Of a DNA stretch of 52,814 nt, positions 26,701 through 38,700 are shown piece after piece. Each line of letters begins with the position of its first letter. Position 1 is the stretch's first letter. The stretch is from NCBI RefSeq assembly GCF_000485595.1, contig NW_014577535.1, forward strand, positions 111,370-164,183, in the 5' to 3' direction. The notes below the pieces were generated by a model. It made no database searches. It was not told the DNA's origin and saw nothing but the letters and a program-made list of their open reading frames with translations. Both the position numbers and the translations under genes were made by a program. This DNA comes from Priapulus caudatus (lineage: Eukaryota).

Positions 26701-29700
26701 TATAATGTCCCAATCTACACTTTCCAGCCTCCGGAAGAAGAGAATAGCTGAGAGCATGTGTCAGACCTGGTTGCTGAAGGCTGATTCATCGAGAGTCTTG
26801 CCGTGTGAAGCCAGCGTCTGTCGCACGAGTTTTGCTCTATCCCAGATGTCGAGATGCTCGACGATCACCTCATGTGCCCTCCTTTCCTTCAGGACGATGT
26901 GGAGGTCGGAGTCAAGGTTCACACTCACGACGAATACTACATTCTATGGAGTAAAACGAATGCAATTAGTTATCAAGATGCACCTGTGGAAAAATAATAT
27001 TTTAAGGGAAGGTATTAAAGTTTAGCGTAAGTGTTGGTACGTACGAGTAAAATGACAGCACCTGTATTGCATGCAGGCCTTCACAATAGCTGCACAGTTA
27101 GTATGGATAAATATGATATGTGCCAAAAACAATAGTATACATGTATGGATATATGTATAAAATATATAGCAACACATTTCACCTAATATCAAAGAAATGT
27201 CATATCTCACATGCCATCCACTTCATAACTCTTCTTAATCACACATGGACTCACACACAGTTTAACATTATCTAATAAAAACACACCTCTGGCAGTGGGT
27301 CAGGGAGCCAGTGTAGGTTCCTGGCCTGATGGGTGTCATCCAGTAAGTCCAAGCCATCGATGAACACAACTAGTGGTGATGAGGTCTGCTGTGCTGTCTC
27401 AGCAATTAGCTTTCCAAACTTAGCAACCAGGTTCCTGAAAGTCAGTCAGATCTTTTAAAAATCTTATCAATGTAAAGGTTTTTTCGATTTTCAAAATTAT
27501 GGTCGACATTATATCGAATAAGAATAAAGAAATGAATTAGAATAAAGAAATGAACTACGTTATGACACAGGCATAAATATTGTTTGAAATTTGGAAATAT
27601 ATATATATAACATGAGTATGATTATACTGCTCGACCCTAGAAATAGCCAACAGGTATGGACCCCGTTGATTTATAACTATAGTCTTTATTCATTGGTTAT
27701 GACAAACATGAACACATACTCATATTTGACTGGCACAGTAGAGTCTGCAAATTGTCGCCAGTCGCAAATAGTCAGTTCATGACAGAGCCTGGTTAGCATG
27801 GCATGAATGCCCGTAGAGCCCGGAACGGCTTCAAGAAAGTGTGAAATCACATCTGATCCAGCCTTGCATGCGTCTGACCCATGGTACAGTTCCAGTAGTT
27901 CTGACTGTAAGAGAAACATACAACACATTTATTCATTCAGTGAGATCTATTTTTTTGCAAAACATAGGAATGTAGAGGGTTAATTGAACTTAATTTGCTT
28001 TCAACAAATTTGATTGATCTTTAACACTTAATATTAGCTTACCATCACTGCAGATTTCCCACTGCCAGGCTTCCCAGCTAACACGACTGCACCCTTCTCA
28101 CATGCCACTATAGTGTTCAGACATGTCTGCAGCAGAGGTCTGCGTCCAACAAAGGCCTGCCTGTAGAATTCAGCCTGTGCCGTGTGCTGGCCATGGTGCC
28201 ACTCCCATTGATCTCCCTGGTCAGTTGTCTCAGTCTACAGACCAATAGCATATGTGATTAAGGTAAATCATGATAAATCACCATTCTTTTCTTACATCAC
28301 AAGAGGGCCTACATTTTTATACACACGATTGGGCATAAATTATATCAAGAGTAGACACCGATTCCCAAACATTTTATAACCCTAATCCATTGCTTATTGC
28401 TAATACTTAGCAAACTTTTTCCTGAACACATAAAAACTGGTAAAAGAAACTTGTGTATGAAGAGTCAAGCGAATTTGTGAAATGGCAGTCTGCGGAATAA
28501 GATACCTCATCACAACACAGATCTAAAATGGCTTTCCACAGATTGTTTAGCACTTCGGCTCCAAACAGCTCTAATCCTGCGACAATAGGTTTGCCATCAA
28601 CAACCCCGCCCCACTTGCACGGATAGCCATCATAGATGTGGTGCCCACTGGCGCGGATGGCTTTCTTCAACTTGGCAACCTTTACTGCACAGTCTGCATT
28701 TTCCACGCACATTGCCGATTGGTATTTCTTTGGAATTTCCCTGCAGAAAATTGAGAAGTGAGTTTAGGTAAGAATTGCAAGAGCTGATCTGTTTGAAGTT
28801 TCTTATTTGTGTATATGTATATTCTGTGTCATATCTCTTTCTTACTTCTGTTCTCTCTTTCTTTCCCTCACACCTCTTTCCATAATCTCCCGTTTCTCAT
28901 TTGTGCTCCGTTGCTCTCTCTCTCTCTCTTTCTCTGTCGGTCTCTCTCTCCCCCTCTCTCTCTTTCTCTGTCGGTCTCTCTCTCCCCCCCTCTCTCTCTC
29001 TATCTATCTCGCGCTCTCTCTCTTTCTTTTTCGGTCTCTTTCCCTCTCTCTCTTGCTCGCTCTCTCTCTCTCACTCCCTCTATGTCCATCCTACTCTCCA
29101 TAGTTCTCGCACAACTACCTCCCTCTTCATATTCCTGTATCGTCTCCTTCTATCTCGTTACACCTACTTCTCGTAGCTGCCATCACGCAGCAGGAAGATG
29201 GCCGTCCCGCGTCGACGCGCGTGGTTCCGCAGCACGCTATGCTGCATCTCCAGCTCCGTCACAGACGCTCCCGCCACAAAGCCCTTCAGCCAATCAAACT
29301 CGCGTCGGTCGCTGACATCGTAGGATGCAGGCGTCCAGCCGTAGCGCTCTCCCAGCATGCCAACGAACAGCTGGCATTGGCTGGCTTCGGACAGGCACAG
29401 CTCGAGGCTCCTGAAGGACGCGCATGCAACAACGTAAATGCCTCTGAACTTTACTAGCGACACTAGCCATTAGGCAGAGAATGCCAGCCTAGGTAAACTT
29501 AAACTTAGGTAACTGTAACTGGTAACTTACCTGTAACAGCTGAGAAAACTTGCGAGAAAACGTTACTTTGAACGACGGTGACCAATATATGGCAGGTAAA
29601 ATTAAGTAACACCCATACTGTCTTATTTCCGGATAAGATGAGGGTGGTAGTGTTTCGACGCAGACTTGTGGCAGACACCAATGATGTGAATTACCATTAG

Positions 29701-32700
29701 AAATGGTGGCGTTTGCTAAACTCGAAACTCGCTTTTAATTAGAATTGGATCGCAATTGTCAGAGCAAGTGTTTCAGCAAAATACGTGGTGTAGAATGAAC
29801 ATTGTAAGCAAGAAATCTGGTGCACATGCACAACCACGTACCCTGTGTCAGTGGCAGCCGTCTCACTAATGCCCCATCGCAAGTCAACCTCGTAGACGTT
29901 GACAAATCGCTCCCTCGCACGTGCTCGTAACTCCGGGAACACGAACCTCGTGAGAAGGTCTCGCTCACCATGCATGTCTTTGAACGTCGAGGAAATGAAT
30001 ACGCGGATGGTGCGCCACCTACAGGAGAAAAAGAGAAAATTAGAAACATAAAATTGGTGTTCATCTACGGGTGACAACTGCGACGATAATGACACAAAGA
30101 ATTGCCGTAGTATCAGCAAAACCTCATTTTAAATGATGAGATCACAGTTTAGAAAATCTGATTCAGGGCAAAATATCTGAACATGCTATTGGACCCTTTT
30201 TATTGTTATCATTTTCCCACACATAACCCAAATGACATACAAGGGAGCATAGGTCAGTTTAGCACTTCTAGCATCAGCTTCCTCTGTAAGGGCCTCCAGT
30301 TGCGGCTTCTTCTCTGACGAACACAGCTCATAGGCCCTGTCAATATTCTCCACCTGTATCAGCTGCCCACTGTCACCTCGGTTGCAGATGTACCTGCAAT
30401 CAATCAACCATATATTGTGAATTAAAACATCGCAACTATAACACTCCTTAAAGATTTTTCTGTTGAAACTATTCTTTGGTTTAATAGACATTTATGATCT
30501 GACTTCATCAGATTGCATATAGGATCCTATTGCTCTTAGTCACTCCGCATTCATCACATAGATTGTCTTGTGTTGAATCATCGGATAATATTATGACTAT
30601 GCGACATTGAAAGGCAAGATAACAGCTATTGACTGACGAAAATCAACAGCGGAGAAATTTGATAGAATTCACTGTGTGAGCTATAAACACACCTGTAGGT
30701 GGCTGACATGAAAACGTTACTGTGTGATACATGGAAAACCTTTTAGTGGCAAGATACTTTTCACCTGAATTCACAGCACTCAGCCCAAACATACTGTAAA
30801 TCAGTGACTAATATTGTAGGAATGCTCTTTACATATCAGCTACGTTTGCTTAATAAACAAGCAAAAAATCCGCCAGCTAGGTAAAATATGAAATTGCATG
30901 GATTGCCTATACCTTAGGATTTGGTCACTGAATCCAGTCAGAAATATGTCTCTGTCATGAGTGTTTTCTCCCCTCAGGATTCCAGAATGTCCAGACACAT
31001 CGATATAGGCATAGATCAGGTTTGGATTTACAAGCCTTCTGTACTTCGCCTGGAAACTCGATGATCCACATTGAATGTAGTCACACATGATACCATTGGA
31101 CACTACGATGATGTTGTCAATCTGAAGAGAGAAAAGGTATCCATTTTTTTCAAATAAGGTTCGATTAGATGTTAGCTTCAAATAGCTCGATCAGTATGTT
31201 CATAAAAATATTGAACATAATTCCTTCAGAACACATCAAATTAAATATGTATAACCAATTAAGACAATGAAAGCATCAGTAAAAGTTTCTGAGAATGATG
31301 TACGTTTATGTAAAAGAAATTATTGCACAGATGACATAATGAGAACAACTCCCAATAAGGTCATACGTGGTCAACACTATAATAAAAAAACACTTTTTGC
31401 TAGTTCTTTGCAATGTTGTGATCCTAACTATATGATATTGACTCTTCGACCTCGTGACATTTAAGAGAATGTGACACAAGCCACGTGAATAATCATCGTG
31501 TATAGGTGAAGGAAAAAAACAGTAAATGGTTAAGAAATTATAATTTAATTGTGCAAAAACTTAATTGCCATCTTAGAACTTTATTCAGACATGCAATTCC
31601 TCTTATGCAATAGTGGATGACAAGTAATTAACATCTACTAGAGCTCTTACTAATGCATATATAAGCACAATAGGGGGAATTAAGAGTAAATTAAGAACAA
31701 AGGAATGTTTAGGTGTTAAGTAAGCGTTTTGATGTTGTCCCCCACCAAATTATTCAGTTCTCACTAAAATAAAACTGAATGCACAAATTACGATACAATG
31801 GCAATATTGCTATCAAGCAAGACCAAACTGAAATCATGTGTTGTGATCTGGATATGTGCACAGGTCTATCTGTACACGTCTGTAATACAGGTCTATTCAC
31901 AGATGCTCGAGCAAAAGTTAGACTGCCACGAGAAAACAGTCACACAACGTGCACACGAGCGCATTGAGCAGCAGCTTGCACACAAGTATATCAATAAGGG
32001 AACAACTAATTTGGCCTCAGGTAAAATTCCGGGCTACCTGTAGCCCGTATGCGTGCATTCACGCATGCGTACACGCGCGAATCGAAATTGTACAGGTATA
32101 TATTAAACGTACAGCAGTAACATGGAATAATATGAAGAAAACCACTACTGAGAGCCAATGCCACAAATAAAATATATACATGTGGCAAATTGAATAAATC
32201 CAGACATAGCAGTTAACTGCATTATGTGTTATGGTGTAGAAATAAAATCCTAGTTCTTGGATCTGTGCAGATAAAAATACAGTCTTCATCAGTGCACGGT
32301 CCACGTTGTATGTAGGAGGCTTATGCCATATAGACTATATGCAGCCTATAATATTTATAATTAAACTATAATTTTTTTACACCATCCACCAGGGATCGAC
32401 AAACAGCATATTTATGATACAGTAGGTAGAGATAAGTCAGTTGCACAGACAAGACGCAGTAACTTTCCCTTAATTTGTTCTGTAGGACTGATATTCATAA
32501 CAGAACAGCTCTGATCACTGATTAATAATATCATTACGACGAATGACGGATGATTTCCCATCATATTTCGGCTATTAGTAACATGGGTTAATCGTCGTGC
32601 GATGGCAGTACACCCGCAGCTAGCGGATCTGATGACGGCAGAGCTGTGATCAGCAGCTTGATGATCTTGTTCCGTGACCTACAATGAGCCAGCCCCGCTC

Positions 32701-35700
32701 GCGTGCGTACGTTGGTTGTTTCGCATCGTATACCTGTACTGCTGTCTATGGATTATCGCGTGCGTAATGGCTCAGTCATAATCACCGGCGATGCACTATA
32801 TTAGACATCACTTAGCCAGCGAGAGTTATGAATTACACGACGAAAACTTATCGAAATGAGAGTACGATACTCTAACCAATACCGATGCGTGCTCGACTCT
32901 ATTATTACATTTCTCTATTAGAAGGTGTACTGTCGGCAGGAATTTGATAGGTGGAGAACACACCAACAGTATTTTCGGCGCGCTGGGTTGGAGCACTTTA
33001 GTTATGTGCGAACTGCGAAATACCAGATAGATTTCTCGTGATTCGAAGTGGCCCGCGTCGACCCTGGGATTTGGAAATTTGGAAATTGCATATATTCGCG
33101 ACCGTTTGGTCTTCTAAATATTATTAACAAATCGAGAATATGACTAATTACAGCCAGATCATATTATATGCAAACCCCGGATAATCATAGCCTAAAGCCA
33201 CGTATGTCATTATTTCTATTATAGCTAACACTTTCAGTATACAGTAATCCAACTCCACCGCATTGCCCGTTTTATTAGCACGCCAAATATTCGTTGCGAA
33301 CGGTGGTGACTAGACATATTTTTAAATTGTTATTCCTCTTGCCAACGTCTGGCTGTAGTTCACTCTCGCGTGCATCCTACTCGTTTACAGCACATATTAG
33401 TTTATCTAGCGGAGCATATACGCGTTACACACACGCGACACACCCGGTTGATTTCCCAAGTTTATATTGCGTAATCCTATTTGCTCAATATCAAAACCCC
33501 GACAATAAGAGTAGAAATCGCGATTGCTGAAAAAATGCGCAATCATATTTTTTCCTGAGCATGTTAATGCCCTGCGGTAATATTTGCACGAACAACTTCA
33601 TTATAGCTTCACGCGTGCAGGTAGGAAATACACAGCTACCTGTCCAATTATGCGGACATGAGGCTGCACACAGATCGATGTGAACCGCGATGTGTGGATC
33701 GAACGCGAGCGAAAAAGTGCCTAGCAACCAGTAACACAGCGCACCCCTCCTGGCTGTAAACCCTTGTTATGTACCAGCAGTCCGCATCGGAGTCACACCT
33801 GACTAAACAGGGACCGGCCGCCTTCCATATAAGGCACAGGTGCGCTGGTGGGGTGAGGTGAGGTGGGGGTGGGGGGCGTCGTTCTACAGACCGGAATAGA
33901 ATGCCCTGCCCTCGGGCGCTGCATGACGTATACCGGAACGCTCATCTCACAATGAGGGCGACCCGGATAGGTAGTGTGGAATTTAAACCAGTGTCAGAGC
34001 GAAGATAGACGACGACGTACGGGGGTGGAGCCGACCGCCGGAGCGAGGCTTGTCACGACATATACAGTCACACTCACACTCACACTCGCGCGCTCACGGA
34101 CGCTGCGTGACTTACGCGGAACAGCGTCCAATTAACCGCGGTGCAGGTGATGATGTCATCCACCTAATGCAGGTACGCATGTATTATGTATTGAGCGAAT
34201 TGAAGGTAACCAAACAAGCGGTGCGGAACGCGGCTATTTCCAGCGCTGAGTAACCAACCATCGAGCAAGGTGGCACCTGAACAGTCTGGCGTGCGGAGAG
34301 CTGAGAGCTGAGAGCTGAGAGCTGGAGCTGGAGCTAACGAGCAGTTATACGAGCAGCTATACGAGCAGTATACCCACGTACGCACCGCGACCATGACGTG
34401 ACCGTACGTGTGTGTCTGTGTGCGACACATATACTTCGTGTGCAATAACATACTGCGAAATCCCACGATGTGACACCACCGCACCTCAGTTAACTATAAG
34501 CAGAGTGTAGAGACGTGTTATTTTTGTGATCGGATACGTGCGTAATAATCAGCCAGTGCCGACGCGGAGCGCTACTGATACGAGCTGACAAGCAGCAGGG
34601 ACGGAACAACAGGTGAGTTTGAATAGCGGGCGCGCCGAAACAGTCATCATGTGTAATGACGCGCCTTACCGCGTCATTGTCGACCTCACTGACCAGCAGA
34701 CGAACCGTAAAGTGAACCAAATTCGTTCACAAAGGTAGATTACCGTGCATATTCACTAGGTGTGTGTGCGTGTGTGTGTGTGCGTCCGGCAATACCCTTA
34801 TTTGATCATTTGCTAATTTGAAATTTTGTTCGGTGGATATTAACCTGAGTGGATAAGTGGATATTAACCTACCCATGACATTATAGTCAGCTAAGAAAAT
34901 TCAAAATTGAAATTCAAACTTATTGAAATTCAATTTTAAATTCGAAGATTCACACTATGCATTATATCCAAATATTTGTTTACTGTAGTTTTAGGGCAAC
35001 ACCTTATTCACGGTTAACCGATAAATAAAATTCAGTAATAAACTGGTGCTAAGCAAGCTTATATTAATGATCCAGCCGTTTTTAACGGATATGTTTTCCG
35101 CGCATATATACCCAAGCTATAAAATTTCGCAACTGCTATAATAAAACCTGTTACGTGGAATATATAACCTCGTTTCATCTATAACAAGTTCCCTCCCACC
35201 CAAACAGTATTGCCCGACTGCCTCTGTCCATAAGGAAGCTAGTTTGGTGTCCTATCTAGCCCTGGTTTACCTTCTTGGCTGATTATAAATATACTAACCC
35301 GTGCCTAGCCCAAGTTACACCTTGAATAAACCACGGACAGTAACGTAGGCTCAACGCGATATGAAAGAAGCAATCACGAACAACTGGCCATCGGTTCGTT
35401 TAGAAAGTACCCGTAATGTTGGTTATTTTATATAGGTTTTTAAGAATTTCTTGGCAGCAAGTATTAGCTGCCTACATTGAGAGCAGGCAGCAGACTAACC
35501 CTTGTAGGCTGTAAATGTTGCTCGCTGTAAATGTTTCGTCCTCTGCAGTAATACGAAATTGTGCCTTTTGCTCTTCAATTGCAATACTAGCTAACTGCCT
35601 ACTACTAACTTAACAGGAACTGCCTCTGTATTAAACACATACTACATCCATGTGTACACAGAACTCATTAATGTTTATACAACTTACATGTTGAACTTGA

Positions 35701-38700
35701 TCACCTTAGTGCTATGATAAAGCTGTTCAATTATTAATCAAATTGACTACTGTCTTCATATATTTTATGTCGAAATTGACTATTATATTTTATTCGAATT
35801 ATCTTGCCATTTGATAAAAACAAACCATCTTTTGCAGTTTTAGTCGCACGAAATTACCAACACGGAATGTAAACCTAACAGAAAAACTAAAGAAATGTTT
35901 AGTGCAAGTATCCGCTCCGATATGACAACTAATTCGTCCGTTTTCTTTTCAGAGTTATGCAACCCTCATCGTTCATCATGAGCCTGCCAACAAGACAGTT
36001 CGCCGTTCTTGCGGCGCTGCTCGTTCTGGCAGTATCTATGGGCATGACTGCCGGAGACCACTCTCACAATAAGAATAATCCCCCAGACGCGGACGTTTCT
36101 GGTTCGCATCTCAACCTGAGTACTATATGTGATACGGCAGCAGCTAGGATTGCGCTAAACACTCATGACGTCACAACAAAGAGTGTGTCGCTAGAGTGGG
36201 TCGTATGCCGAGCGTACGACAAGATACATGGATTTAGAGTATATTGGAGGCGAGTAGGGATTGACCGCAGTGACCAATGGTTCGTATAGCTTAATTTTAT
36301 AGTTAGGAAATTGTAAAAAAAAAGATTAGTTGGTCAATGAAATGGCTTAATATGAATACATTTGTTGAGTATAATAGAATCTTTCACATAAAAATAACTA
36401 GAAAGGGCATGTAACGATGTAACGTTATGACGCGCACGAGAGCGTACGAGATTCCACGAGATTCTCGCTCTCTCTGCTACATGTGCTTGTAAGTGTAAGC
36501 TGTGTGTTGTCGCCAACTACATGTATCCCCCGTGATCTAGTATGAATGAAATATCTCTGTAAGGACGTAGAAGATAGGTAAAGTTAAATAAGCCACAAAG
36601 ACAAAGGTTTGTTACACAACTCATCTGCCTGAGATGTGCAAGTATGTCAGAATTGGTTGCTTTAGGGGTTTTGGTACGCTGCGCACCTTCTCCCCAAGAT
36701 GTGTAAGTATATCAAGTTTGGTAGCGCTAGGTCAATTAGGGGCCGAGTTATAGAGCAGAAGAAAAATATGATCAAGGTTAAGGTAAAGGTCAAATAAAGG
36801 TCGCAATGACCTGGTTTTGGTACTCTGCACACTTTCTCCCCAAGATGTGTAAGTATACGAAGTTTGGTCGCGCTAAGTCAATTAGGGGTCGAGTTATAGA
36901 GCGGAAGAGAAATTCTCTGCGGCGGATCGAGCGACGGCGGCTGGACAGACATGAAACCATAGTATCCCCGCCAACTTCGTCGCGGGGGATACAATTACGC
37001 ATTATTAAAACTAAATATAATCCAGAATCCTTATTCAAAAGGACATTAGCTATGCTGGTTAAAAGCACAAAACAAGGTTAACTGATTTTCGGTTTAATCG
37101 AAAATGGGATATATTTAGGCACATTGCCCATTAGCAATTTTTAAAGGTTAATGGCATTGAAGAGTATGGTGAGATGATAACTTGATGAACGATGAGTACT
37201 CACAAATTCTAAACAATAGTCACATGGTTTTAGTTCTGCAAATTTCAGTCTAAATACTAATCTCAAAAACCTTAGAGTCACCTATACAATGAACGTATGG
37301 TATGGTTCAGATACCGTGACAGCCATAATGCACATAAGCCTCATCTACACGACGAACATTAACTCGAGTTAAGCGAGTTAAGCGTTATGTAGCGTCTACA
37401 CGACAACACCCGATAGCGATTATTACCGATTTATTATGCATGCGTGCGTGCGTGTGTATGTAAACGTGCGTGCGTGTGCACGTACACGTGCGTGCATGCG
37501 TGAGTGCGTGCGTGTGTACGTACATGTGCGTGCATGCGTGCATGTGCACGTACACGTGCGTCCGTGCGTGTGTACTTACACGTGCGTGCATGCGTGCGTG
37601 TGCACGTACACATGCGTGCGTGTGTGTGCACGTACACGTGCGTGCGTGCGTGCGTGCGTGCGCGTGCGTGTGTGCGCGCGTGTGCAGGTACACGTTCGTG
37701 GGCGTGCGTGGGTACTTGTGAAGGTACACGTGTGTGCATGTGTGCGTGCATGCGTACGTGCGTGTGTGTGCACGTACACGTGCGTGCTTGCGTGCGTGTG
37801 TGTGCACGTACACGTGCGTGCGTGCGTGTGTGCGCGCGTGTGCATGTGCACGTAGACGTGCGTGTTTGCGTGCATGCGTGCGTGTACGTACACGTGCGTT
37901 CGTGCGTGCGTGCGTGCGTGCGTCCGTGTGTGTGCACGTACACGTGCGTGCGTGTGTGTGCATGTACACGTGCGTGCGTGTGTGCGCGCGTGTGCATGTG
38001 CACGTAGACGTGGGTGTGTGCGTGCGTGCGTGCGTGCGTGCGTGTGTACGTACACGTGCGTTCGTGCGTGCGTGCGTGCGTGTGCACGTACACGTGCGTG
38101 CATGCGTGAGTGCGTGCGTGCGTGCATGTGCACGTACACGTGCGTGCGTGTGTGCGTGTGTGCGCGCGTGTGCATGTGCACGTAGACGTGCGTGCGTGCG
38201 TGCGTGCGTGCGTGCGTGTGCACGTACACGTGCGTGCATGCGTGTGTACCTACACGTGCGTGCATGCGTGCGTGTGCACGCACACGTGTGTGCATGCGTG
38301 CGTGCGTCCGTGTGTGTGCACGTACACGTACGTGCGTGCGTGCGTGCGCGCGAGTACAGGTACACGCTCGTGCATGCGTACGTGCTTGTGCAGGTACACG
38401 TGTGTGCAAGCGTGCGTGCGTGCGTACGTGCGTGTGTGTGCAGGTACACGTGCGTGCGTGCCGGCATGCATGTGCACGTAGACGTGCGTGCGTGCGTGCG
38501 TGCGTGTGCACGTACACGTGCGTGCATGCGTGCGTGCGTGCGTGCGTGTGTACGTACATCGTACTAGTGTTGCCGCCTATCGTGGAGTTATGTACTATTC
38601 GCTAACTCGAGTTAAGCGTCTTCATGGAACTCAAGTTAGCTTAACCTCGATCGACTGGCGAGGTTAAGCTAACTCGAGTTAACGCTAACTCGAGTTAACG

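Noticed and set aside
28807-29315. Plus-strand ORFs rich in S/L
   Set aside because: Translation of the (CT)-rich intronic microsatellite; the real coding (TEP1 DUF4062 exon) is on the minus strand at 29168-29410.
37437-38558. The satellite as a CRISPR-like array
   Set aside because: Eukaryotic context, no unique spacers (units are self-similar) and no cas genes.
37385-38605. Very long ORFs (up to 380 aa) on both strands across the GTGCGTGC satellite
   Set aside because: Products are pure R/T/H/A/C/V low-complexity strings generated by the repeat; mutually overlapping in all frames; no start, splice or domain signals.
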